From the NCBI GenBank assembly GCA_009781675.1, contig WQVG01000003.1, positions 3,117 to 67,116 of the forward strand: a stretch of DNA of 64,000 nt, given 5' to 3'. This document shows positions 1-7,987 of this stretch, one piece after another (position 1 is the stretch's first letter; every line of letters begins with the position of its first letter). The notes beneath the pieces were generated by a model. It was not told the DNA's origin. It searched no databases and saw nothing but the letters and a program-made list of their open reading frames with translations. The DNA comes from Candidatus Bathycorpusculum acetigenes (GTDB taxonomy: Archaea; Thermoproteota; Bathyarchaeia; Bathyarchaeales; Bathycorpusculaceae). The translations under genes were made by a program, and so were the position numbers.

Positions 1-329
1 AAGGTTTCATAAGCGAAGCAGACGCTTGGACTGATGAATCATCCTTTGGCCAAACCTCAAATTATGGTGTGTGGGAATGGAATGAACGCGGCGAAAGCGC
101 CACTATAAAGAAACTCATGAACTTTGTAACTATAGCATATGTACAACTCTTGGAAAATTCGGGTATAACAGTTTATGTTGATCTTCCAGACGAACCTCAA
201 ATGCCGGAATACTTCGAATATGCAAAATTTGCGGGCATAGAAACCGCGCCTTTCCAATATGGTGGATTAGTGCCGGTTGTAGCAATCTTTGAGGTTAACT
301 GGACCGCATACAATACGGCGCACCCATAA
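1..329 (+). CDS. C-terminal end of a hypothetical protein (5' partial, continues upstream of the window)
   Basis: Reading frame open from position 3 to TAA at 327-329. No recognisable motif. Confidence 0.35.
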   Translation, partial: GFISEADAWTDESSFGQTSNYGVWEWNERGESATIKKLMNFVTIAYVQLLENSGITVYVDLPDEPQMPEYFEYAKFAGIETAPFQYGGLVPVVAIFEVNWTAYNTAHP

Positions 330-354
330 ATCGTAGGTAGGTTGCGTCACAAAA

Positions 355-1215
355 GTGTTTCCAAGGGTTCCTGACCAGCACAAAGTTGGGCGTCCCTTAA
401 TCCTAAACGGTTTGGGCGTTTTCTACGTCCTATTCACAACCGTTTATCTTTTTTTAGTTTATTTTTTGCAACAAAGTTCTAACCCTGAGCCAGTTTCATC
501 TGCATTCACATTAGCTGCCTGTGTCCTCTTTGGCGGCTTTATGGGGATGATGGATGACTGGATAGATCTAAAGTGGCGCTACAAAGCATTTATGCCCCTC
601 ATAGCTGCGCTACCGCTGATTTACTATGCCCAGACAATCAACGTCAGAACAAGCATAATACTGCCCTTTGTGGGGTTAGTGGATTTTGGCATCTTCTATT
701 TCTACCTTATAATTCCCTTGATTGTCATGATAGTGACTAATGTTGTGAATCAACTTGGTGGTTTAAACGGACTTGAATCTATCTGTCCTGCTATAGTCAT
801 AGCTGGATTGATGGCTTTCTCGCCAAACTATCTACTCATGGTCGGACCCCTCATGTTCTGGCTGATCTTAGCGGCATTTAATTTCTCAGGTAAAATATTT
901 GTCGGAAACACAGGCTCATTTGCAATAGGTATGACGGTCGCTTCTTTTGCTGTTATATCTGACTTAAAAGTTAACCTATTTGTTTCAATTTTGCCCTTCA
1001 TTTTCAACTCCGCTCTAATATTGCTCTCAGCGTTTTTTTCAGGCAAAAAAGCTGCTGTAACCTTCGATGGTAAAAGACTCTGCTCTGACCGCAGAAAAAG
1101 CCTTGTAACAATCATAACCTATCACCGTCCTCTTACTGAGCGCCAAGTAGTCTTGATCATCTCATGCATTGTTGCACTGTTTACATTGCTTGGCATATTA
1201 ATTCAGATGTTATAA
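355..1215 (+). CDS. Glycosyltransferase family 4 polyprenyl-phosphate HexNAc-1-phosphate transferase (MraY/WecA/AglH-like)
   Basis: Multi-pass membrane protein with the GT4 motifs MMDDWIDL (DD motif), NVVNQLGGLNGLE and IFVGNTGSFAIG. GTG start is uncertain. Confidence 0.65.
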   Translation: MFPRVPDQHKVGRPLILNGLGVFYVLFTTVYLFLVYFLQQSSNPEPVSSAFTLAACVLFGGFMGMMDDWIDLKWRYKAFMPLIAALPLIYYAQTINVRTSIILPFVGLVDFGIFYFYLIIPLIVMIVTNVVNQLGGLNGLESICPAIVIAGLMAFSPNYLLMVGPLMFWLILAAFNFSGKIFVGNTGSFAIGMTVASFAVISDLKVNLFVSILPFIFNSALILLSAFFSGKKAAVTFDGKRLCSDRRKSLVTIITYHRPLTERQVVLIISCIVALFTLLGILIQML

Positions 1216-1413
1216 ACCGATTTATAGCCGTTCATTATTAATGTAGTTGGTAATCAAAAAGGGCTAGTTTGCGCGGATGGGCGTCTTTGTTTGACTTTTA
1301 TCGGCAGTTTTACTTGCCGATTGCGCGTATCATCCGTAGTCGGTTGGGCTTATTCTGCAACTGCAATGTAGTCATCTGTAGGTGCAGTCACTATCTGCTT
1401 TGGAGTACTGGTT

Positions 1414-2082
1414 TTATAGTGTGTCCAAGGCATGCTCGATTATAAACATCTCAGGTCCTGTAGTCATGGAGCCTGCCACAGCTGCGTGGCTGTTAGCGAT
1501 TAAGCCTGTGCCAACATAGGGGATGCCGCAGTTAATCGTGCCTACATCAACGGGAACCTTGAAGACACTTTCGAGGGTTTTCTTTTCTTCCTCTTTTAAA
1601 AGTGGATGCGCTAAAACGCCCTTGTTGGTTGCCGTTGCAAGAGAGCCAACGTAGGGCAGAGCGGCGATTTCGGTGGGTACTGTTTCCACGCCTAATGCGT
1701 CTGAGATCTGCTCGATTTCTTTGGGCTTGAAACGGGGATCTACGACTGCGCCTCTGTCGTTGGCAAGTATAAGGTTGCCATAGGCAGTTTTTTTGTTTTC
1801 CATGATGGTAATATTGCCTGTGAAGACTTTCTTTATGTGTTCGAGTTCTTCATTGCGGATGGAATTGGGTAACAGCATACCGTTACTGTTTGCGCAGGCT
1901 AAAGCGCCGGCAAGAACTGAGCCGCTGATGGTGGTGTAGATGAGCTGAGCTTTGAGCCAATCCGCATATTCCTGTGCTTTATCTTGGGGAACCATAACTG
2001 GAATAATCACTATATTCTCTGTTGCCAGGGAGTATACGCCTATGCTTGCGCTCCCCACGATGCTGGATAGGTAAACAGTCAA
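1414..2082 (-). CDS. eif6: Translation initiation factor 6 (aIF6)
   Basis: 222 aa, typical aIF6 length and repeat pattern (SIGVYSLATENIVIIP..., GNLILANDRGAVV...). TTG start. Lies in the conserved ribosomal neighbourhood. Confidence 0.9.
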   Translation of the reverse strand: MTVYLSSIVGSASIGVYSLATENIVIIPVMVPQDKAQEYADWLKAQLIYTTISGSVLAGALACANSNGMLLPNSIRNEELEHIKKVFTGNITIMENKKTAYGNLILANDRGAVVDPRFKPKEIEQISDALGVETVPTEIAALPYVGSLATATNKGVLAHPLLKEEEKKTLESVFKVPVDVGTINCGIPYVGTGLIANSHAAVAGSMTTGPEMFIIEHALDTL

Positions 2083-2715
2083 AAACCTTCACTGTCCTTG
2101 TGATTGAACATACTGTTCTAGACTCACCCATTTAAAGTTCGCGGAAGTCATTGTTTCTGTTTTAATTTCTGTCTATCTGTCTTTGTACTTGATTCTCAGT
2201 TTAATTATAACTGAAATTTCCAGTGTTGTGCCCCGGTATTAGATCGGAAAATACGCGGAAATATTTTTTTGAAAGTGTACCCTTATCGACAGTTAGTTTC
2301 AACGGTTATCCTAAAGTCAGGCAGAAGTTGGAGTTTGAAACTGTTGTTTGATTCATTGTGTGTACTTGTTATTTGTGCTCAGAACATAAGTCATGTGGTC
2401 GTCTACAGCTAGTTTAGGCTCAACTATAGAGACGAACTAACGTTTGTGGAATTAAAAGCGTAGCGGGTATCCACCAAAAACACCGCAAAAGATAGCGTAG
2501 AAGGATCGGAGACGTTTCGTGTTGTTTCTTTGAGTTTTGGGAGATAACAATGATGTGCTGGGCTTGTTTGCTGTTTGAGCATAGATATCTCCATTGGGAT
2601 ATTGTAGCGATTCGATATGCTATGCCTGAGTGAATAATGCCTAATTTATTACATACTTCATTCGTTAAATTTTAAGTTATTTTTATAAATAATTTAAAAA
2701 TAAAAAAGATTTGTT

Positions 2716-3207
2716 TTACTGGTTTTCTGCCAAGTAAACGCTTATGTAGCCGTCTTTATCTTTGGTTATACGCGTTTTAATTCTGCGTGGAGGTTTCTCT
2801 ATTCCTCTTCCCCAAACTTTTTCGTTAACTTCTTGGCTGACGAGAACCTGCGGTAGTTCCTCAGTTTCCTCTTCTTCAGTAACTTTTGTCTGCAGTTTCA
2901 TATGTTTGGCTGCAAAGATTTTGATAATTTGTATCGCGCGGGGTGCACGTTTCTTAGGTGGTCGAATCAAGGCTCTTTGGAGTGGAATAGTGTAAAACCT
3001 TTCTTCAACGATATCGTCGTCTTTCTTCTTGCGTTTGGCTTTGGCTTCTTCTTCTTTTGTTTTTTCTGTTTTCTGCGGGGCTATCTCCTCTTTAGCTACC
3101 GCTTGTTCTGGTTCAGCAGTTACTTCTAGTGATTCTTCATCTGGTAATTCTGCTAACTCTTCAAGTTCTTCTTGCAGTACTTGTTCTTGTTCAGTTTCTT
3201 TTGTCAT
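2716..3207 (-). CDS. rpl31e: 50S ribosomal protein L31e with an N-terminal acidic/lysine-rich extension of about 70 aa
   Basis: C-terminal 90 aa match L31e (FYTIPLQRA...PPKKRAPRAIQIIK...VNEKVWGRGIEKPPRRIKTRI). No in-frame ATG/GTG/TTG near the start of the core domain. Confidence 0.85.
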   Translation of the reverse strand: MTKETEQEQVLQEELEELAELPDEESLEVTAEPEQAVAKEEIAPQKTEKTKEEEAKAKRKKKDDDIVEERFYTIPLQRALIRPPKKRAPRAIQIIKIFAAKHMKLQTKVTEEEETEELPQVLVSQEVNEKVWGRGIEKPPRRIKTRITKDKDGYISVYLAENQ

Positions 3208-3220
3208 GGCTATTTTCTCC

Positions 3221-3379
3221 TTACGGCTTTATCTTACTGGTCCGCCAGTTACGCCTAGATTTTGGGTTCATTCTGACTTTGCCGTCGGTTCTTGCTATGA
3301 CCCATGTTGGAACGGACTGCGATTCTCTGCCGGCTTTAGCTAAGCGGAGTTTTTTTGCGGTTGGTTTTACTCTTGCCAT
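3221..3379 (-). CDS. rpl39e: 50S ribosomal protein L39e (52 aa, below the ORF-track cutoff)
   Basis: Manual translation: MARVKPTAKKLRLAKAGRESQSVPTWVIARTDGKVRMNPKSRRNWRTSKIKP. Sits between the PDCD5-like gene and L31e, as in other archaea. Confidence 0.85.
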   Translation of the reverse strand: MARVKPTAKKLRLAKAGRESQSVPTWVIARTDGKVRMNPKSRRNWRTSKIKP

Positions 3380-3383
3380 TTTC

Positions 3384-3713
3384 TCATATCCTTCTGATAG
3401 TTGTCTCTCGCTTCCGTGATTGAAGCTGAATTAGGATCGACTTGAGCTGGGTATCTGAGAGGGGAATCGGCAACCTGCCGGCCTGGGCCATCTCGATGAG
3501 CTGCAATTCGATTTGCTCAGCAAAGTCCCGTTTAACCATCTTGAGGTTATTTAGCCTTTGCCGTGCTTCAGGTGCCAAAATCTTTGCTAAGAGCACCTGT
3601 TTTTGTTGCTCGATCTGTTGTTCGGCTTGAGCCTGCCTCTGCTCGTCGCTTACGCGGTTCTGCATCGAGAGAAGTTTTCTTTTGCGAATTTGCTCAAGCT
3701 CGTCATCTGCCAT
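3384..3713 (-). CDS. PDCD5/TFAR19-like DNA-binding protein
   Basis: 109 aa helical protein with the characteristic N-terminus (ELEQIRKRKL...) and conserved position between S19e and L39e. Confidence 0.8.
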   Translation of the reverse strand: MADDELEQIRKRKLLSMQNRVSDEQRQAQAEQQIEQQKQVLLAKILAPEARQRLNNLKMVKRDFAEQIELQLIEMAQAGRLPIPLSDTQLKSILIQLQSRKRETTIRRI

Positions 3714-3719
3714 GGTTCC

Positions 3720-4184
3720 CTATTCGCCTTGATACTTCTTGAGCTCAGGAACAGCTTTGTAGAGTTCCTTTGCTAGGTCTCCTGCAACTTCCTGTGACAG
3801 CTTACGTCCTTTAGGAGTCATAATTCTGCCCTGCGGACGGGTAATCTGAATTAAACCTGCGGCTTCAAGTTGTTTGAGCGCTTTGCGTATGTTGCTTCCT
3901 CCGGATTTTGCCGCCCGATTGGGTTTACTGCCACGGTTTTTTCTTCCACCGTAGTCTGAACGGAGGTTTTCCAGCCCGATTGGGCCGTGAACGTACACTT
4001 TACGCATTATGGATGCGCTTCTTGTATACCACCAAGCAGAATTCTGTGGTTGTTTCTCGACATGAGAGCCGGTTTTAGCGAAGGGTGCCCATGGCAGAGG
4101 TTGCACTTCGTCAACGTTTTCCATAAGATACTTCGCTAAACGGTCGATGAACATTGAAGCTGGAACGTCATGAGGAGTCATCAA
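3720..4184 (-). CDS. rps19e: 30S ribosomal protein S19e
   Basis: 154 aa. Motifs VPASMFIDRLAKYL, PWAPFAKTGSH, WWYTRSASIMRKVY, GGSNIRKALKQLE. Confidence 0.9.
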   Translation of the reverse strand: MMTPHDVPASMFIDRLAKYLMENVDEVQPLPWAPFAKTGSHVEKQPQNSAWWYTRSASIMRKVYVHGPIGLENLRSDYGGRKNRGSKPNRAAKSGGSNIRKALKQLEAAGLIQITRPQGRIMTPKGRKLSQEVAGDLAKELYKAVPELKKYQGE

Positions 4185-4231
4185 AGGTACTCTATCCTGT
4201 AGTTTTTCCTTGCACTAAAACAATGAAGCCT

Positions 4232-4239
4232 AATATAAA
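4232..4239 (-). promoter_or_regulatory. Candidate TATA box for the S19e-L31e operon
   Basis: TTTATATT on the minus strand, about 50 nt upstream of the S19e ATG. Confidence 0.3.
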
Positions 4240-4613
4240 TGTATTCGGATGACTAACTCTCGAACAAGACCCAAACCCGCTTATTTACTCTATTAAATAA
4301 AACTTTAACGCACACTTAGAGCAAACGCACGTCTGCATATTTGCACTAAAAAAATAATGTCATGTATCTATTATTGGTTTCCAGCCAGTGCCAACGGCCC
4401 TATCAGAAGTAACCAAGCAACTTTCTCCATAGAGCTTGCCATTTAACTAAATTGAGTGCATTTAACATCTGATCTACAGGATTATTATGAGCCATAACGA
4501 AATATGCAGTCGAGTGATGGATTGATTTTTTGTTGTATTCTCATTCATTACTTTTATAGCTTAGACTTAACCTTACTGTTGTAGTAAAATTAATCTTAAC
4601 TGGAGAAACATCT

Positions 4614-5102
4614 TTGAAAGATGATAAACGTCGTGGATTGCTTGAGAAGGTTCTAAAAGACCATGGCTATCAGGAAAGTGCTCTCTTGGAAATTTTACAT
4701 GGGGCACAGGAAATCTATGGATTTCTTGACAAGGAATTACTCACTGAAATCGCTGGAGTACTCAACCTTCCACCCAGCCAAGTGTATGGTGTCGCCACTT
4801 TCTACAGTTTCTTTAAACTCCGCAAACCCGGCGAACATGTCGTTACCGCTTGTCTTGGTACCGCGTGCTACGTTAAAGGCGTTGAGCCGATTATAGCCGC
4901 AATCGAAGAGGAATTCCATCTCAAGCGGGGCGGCTCAACTGAAGATGGCAAACTCTCCATTCTCCAGACACGGTGCATAGGTGCATGCGCTATGGCACCA
5001 ATCATCTCTATCGACGATGTAATCATAGGAAAAGCCACAAAAGAAGTCGTCATCAAACACATCAAACAAGTTTTGGGGGAAACTAAAGCTGAAGCTGTCT
5101 GA
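4614..5102 (+). CDS. hoxE: NuoE/HoxE-like [2Fe-2S] diaphorase subunit
   Basis: Thioredoxin-like ferredoxin pattern (ACLGTACYVKG ... RCIGACAMAP). TTG start preceded by GGAG. First gene of the hydrogenase operon. Confidence 0.85.
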   Translation: MKDDKRRGLLEKVLKDHGYQESALLEILHGAQEIYGFLDKELLTEIAGVLNLPPSQVYGVATFYSFFKLRKPGEHVVTACLGTACYVKGVEPIIAAIEEEFHLKRGGSTEDGKLSILQTRCIGACAMAPIISIDDVIIGKATKEVVIKHIKQVLGETKAEAV

Positions 5103-6741
5103 CTTACACAAAATTGTCGAGCAGGAACTTGAATTCGAACGCGCCTACAACTTCCGCATAAACATATGTTGCTCCAGTAGCTGTGCCTCACTCAACGCCC
5201 CTAAACTGTTAAAAGCCTTCCAAGACGCCGTCAAAGAACTCGGCGTAGAAAAACAATGCAAAGTCGCCCGCACGGGATGCATAGGCGCCTGCTCCGCCGG
5301 ACCCACAGTCCTTATCGAACCTGGGGCCTATCTCTACCAAAACATAACCCCTGATAAAGTCCACAACATAGTCCGCGATCACATAGTCATGGGGAGCCCA
5401 GTCAAAGAGATGCTCTATGAAAGTGGTGGATTCTTCAAAAAACAACACCGCATTGTTCTACGAAACGCAGGCAAAATAGATCCCAACCGTATTCAAGACT
5501 ACATCGCCATGGGCGGCTATACTGCACTGGTAAAATGTCTCTCAAGCATGACACCCCCAGGTATCATAACCGAAATCCTATCCAGCGGACTCCGCGGAAG
5601 AGGTGGCGCAGGTTTCCCCACAGGACAAAAATGGCGCCTCGTCGCCCAAGCCAACAACTCCCCCAAATACATCGTTGCTAACCTCGACGAAGGCGATCCC
5701 GGTGTATACGCCAACCGTTCCATCGCCGAAGCTGACCCCCATGCCATAATCGAGGGTATGCTCATCGCTGCATACGCCACAGGCGCAGAAAAAGGATACA
5801 TCTACATCCGTAAAGAATATCCATTGGCTATCCAAACCCTGCAGAAAGCCATCGATCAAGCCAAAGCTATGTCATTGCTTGGCGACAATATTTTGGAAAC
5901 TCCTCTCAAATTTGATTTGACATTGCGCTTTGGAGCAGGCGCATTCGTGGCAGGCGAAGAAACCGCAATTTTAGCCTCAGTTGAGGGCCGCAGAGCCATG
6001 CCACGTCCTCGCCCGCCATATCCCGCCAACTCAGGTCTCTGGCAAAAACCCACTCTCATACAAAACATAGAAACCCTAACCAACATCCCCCTAATAATCC
6101 AAAACAGCGCCGCATGGTTCTCCAAAACAGGCACCCCCAAATGCACAGGCACCAAATGCTTCTCACTAACCGGCAAAGTGAAAAACCCCGGGCTAATCGA
6201 AGTACCCATGGGCATCACGTTGCGCGAAGTGGTGTTTGACATCGGTGGCGGGATTCCAGACGGCAAAAAATTTAAAGCCGCCCTAATCGGTGGACCCTCA
6301 GGCGGTTGTCTGCCTGAGCATCTCCTCGAAGTACCCATAGACTACGACTCTCTAACCAAAGTCGGAGCGATCATGGGCTCAGGTGGTATTGTGGTACTTG
6401 ACCAAGACAGTTGTATGGTAGACACCGCACGATACTTCACAGAATTCTGCGTGGATGAATCCTGTGGCAGATGTACCCCCTGCCGTGCGGGGTTGCCACG
6501 GATGCTAGAAATTTTCCAGAAAATCACACATGGACAAGGCGAATTCAGCGACCTTGCAGTCTTAGAAAAATCTTGTCACTTCATCCGTGAGGCCAGTCTC
6601 TGCGGCTTAGGACAGACCGCGCCAAACCCCGTACTCACTACACTTCGCTACTTCAAAAGCGAATATCTGCATCACATAGAAAACAAAGAATGCGAAGCGG
6701 GTGTATGCTTTAAAACCCGTGACGAGGACGAACCGAAATGA
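5095..6741 (+). CDS. hoxF: NuoF/HoxF-like NAD(P)H-binding FMN/[4Fe-4S] diaphorase subunit. 5' end is uncertain: first canonical start is ATG 5389, but the frame is open from 5029 and encodes an N-terminal [2Fe-2S] domain.
   Basis: GRGGAGFPTG and SCGRCTPCR motifs. Upstream in-frame sequence NICCSSSCASL...RTGCIGACSAGP is the usual N-terminal ferredoxin-like domain. CTG at 5095 overlaps the hoxE stop by 8 nt. Confidence 0.8.
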   Translation: MSDLHKIVEQELEFERAYNFRINICCSSSCASLNAPKLLKAFQDAVKELGVEKQCKVARTGCIGACSAGPTVLIEPGAYLYQNITPDKVHNIVRDHIVMGSPVKEMLYESGGFFKKQHRIVLRNAGKIDPNRIQDYIAMGGYTALVKCLSSMTPPGIITEILSSGLRGRGGAGFPTGQKWRLVAQANNSPKYIVANLDEGDPGVYANRSIAEADPHAIIEGMLIAAYATGAEKGYIYIRKEYPLAIQTLQKAIDQAKAMSLLGDNILETPLKFDLTLRFGAGAFVAGEETAILASVEGRRAMPRPRPPYPANSGLWQKPTLIQNIETLTNIPLIIQNSAAWFSKTGTPKCTGTKCFSLTGKVKNPGLIEVPMGITLREVVFDIGGGIPDGKKFKAALIGGPSGGCLPEHLLEVPIDYDSLTKVGAIMGSGGIVVLDQDSCMVDTARYFTEFCVDESCGRCTPCRAGLPRMLEIFQKITHGQGEFSDLAVLEKSCHFIREASLCGLGQTAPNPVLTTLRYFKSEYLHHIENKECEAGVCFKTRDEDEPK

Positions 6742-7448
6742 ATCAGCATACCATGAAGCTCAAAATCGACGGTATAGAAGTCGAATGCGTCGAAGGCTCA
6801 ACCATACTAACTGCTGCAAAGGCCATCGGCATCAACATCCCAACCCTCTGCTACCTAGACGGTCTAACACCTTACGGTGGGTGTCGGCTATGCCTAGTCG
6901 AGGTCAGCGGCACAAGCAAACTTTTCCCAGCATGCGCTACCCCTGTTGCATCAGGCATGGAAGTCACCACCCAGTCACCTAAGCTCTATGAATACCGAAA
7001 AATGGTGTTACAAACCCTGCTGGCCGAACGGACCCATATCTGTGCAGTCTGTATTGCCAATGACCACTGTGAACTCCAAGCAATAGCAAATCAGCACGGT
7101 GTCGATCACGTTTTCTATGAACGCAACTGGAGTTCCAACAAAATCGATTCCACACATAATTTCTTAGTAATCGACCCTAATCGCTGTATTCTCTGCACCC
7201 GATGCGTTCGTGTCTGTGATGAACTCGAAGGTGTCCACACTCTTGACCTCAAATTTCGCGGCAAAAACACAGATGTCATAATGGATCAAGACGAGCCCTG
7301 GGTCAAAGCCTGTAGTTGTACATCTTGCCGTAAATGCGCCAAAGTCTGCCCCGTCGGGGCTATTTACATTGAAGGTGAAAACATCGAATACACCAAAGAC
7401 CCCGATGTTGCCGCTTTCATAGTTGAGCGGAGGAAGCGTCTTAAATGA
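6738..7448 (+). CDS. hoxU: HoxU-like iron-sulfur subunit ([2Fe-2S] plus [4Fe-4S] clusters, NuoG N-terminal type)
   Basis: CYLDGLTPYGGCRLCLVEV, CILCTRCVRVC and CTSCRKCAKVCP motifs. ATGA overlap with hoxF. Confidence 0.8.
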   Translation: MNQHTMKLKIDGIEVECVEGSTILTAAKAIGINIPTLCYLDGLTPYGGCRLCLVEVSGTSKLFPACATPVASGMEVTTQSPKLYEYRKMVLQTLLAERTHICAVCIANDHCELQAIANQHGVDHVFYERNWSSNKIDSTHNFLVIDPNRCILCTRCVRVCDELEGVHTLDLKFRGKNTDVIMDQDEPWVKACSCTSCRKCAKVCPVGAIYIEGENIEYTKDPDVAAFIVERRKRLK

Positions 7449-7987
7449 ATCCAAACCAAAAAATACGGGTCGCGACAGTTTGGCTCAGCGGCTGTAGCGG
7501 ATGCCACATGAGCTTCCTTGATCAAGACGAGCGGCTGATAGACTTGGCAAAAAAAATCTCTTTGGTGTACAGCCCATTTGCTGACATAAAAGAGTTCCCA
7601 AAAGATGTCACAATAACCTTAATCGAAGGCGCCGTGGCAAACGAAGAACAAAAAGAACTGCTAAAGACAGTACGATCCAGAACAACGGTTTTAGTTTCTT
7701 TGGGCGACTGCGCGGTTACGGGTAACGTCGCCGCACTGCGCAATGGTTTACCGCACAGCGACCAAGCCGTCCTAGAACGAGCCTACAAAGATCCTGCAAA
7801 TCTTCAATCTCAGATTCCTGCACAGGTACCCAAGTTGCTCACACATGCCAGGCCACTACACGAAATCGTTAAAGTCGATCACTATATTCCAGGGTGTCCA
7901 CCAAGCGCTGACCTCATCAACTATATGCTCACAGAATTACTGGCTGGACGAACACCCACCATGGAGGGGCATTCCAAATATGGCTGA
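7445..7987 (+). CDS. hoxY: [NiFe]-hydrogenase small subunit (HoxY-type, short form)
   Basis: 180 aa. WLSGCSGCHMSF, GDCAVTG and IPGCPP motifs. ATGA overlap with hoxU. Confidence 0.85.
   Translation: MNPNQKIRVATVWLSGCSGCHMSFLDQDERLIDLAKKISLVYSPFADIKEFPKDVTITLIEGAVANEEQKELLKTVRSRTTVLVSLGDCAVTGNVAALRNGLPHSDQAVLERAYKDPANLQSQIPAQVPKLLTHARPLHEIVKVDHYIPGCPPSADLINYMLTELLAGRTPTMEGHSKYG

Noticed and set aside
2549-2630. Possible C/D-box sRNA (AATGATGT ... CTGA); similar AATGATGT strings occur at about 20838 and about 45332
   Set aside because: The C box is imperfect (ATGATGT rather than RTGATGA). There are no C'/D' boxes, and the spacing (about 80 nt or about 22 nt) does not fit archaeal C/D sRNAs.
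2762-3419. Four overlapping plus-strand ORFs (75-104 aa) antisense to L31e and L39e
   Set aside because: They are translations of the antisense of a GAA/GAG/AAG-rich acidic region (Ser/Phe/Leu-rich nonsense). They overlap well-supported ribosomal protein genes.
5097-5103. prfB-like programmed +1 frameshift at the hoxE stop (GTC TGA C)
   Set aside because: The slippery context differs from the known CUU UGA C type: GUC cannot re-pair in the +1 frame. A coupled non-canonical start or a sequence error is more economical. I keep it as an alternative under the HoxF finding.
5517-6527. Minus-strand ORFs (61-160 aa) antisense to hoxF
   Set aside because: They lie inside a strongly supported NuoF-like gene. 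Their composition is Pro/Gly/Arg/Ser-rich, typical of antisense frames of GC-richer genes.
7845-7979. N-terminal 45-aa extension of the HoxH ORF given in the ORF track
   Set aside because: It overlaps the 3' end of hoxY in another frame. The conserved HoxH N-terminus (MADKKILISPVTRIEGH) begins at ATG 7980 with a coupling overlap.
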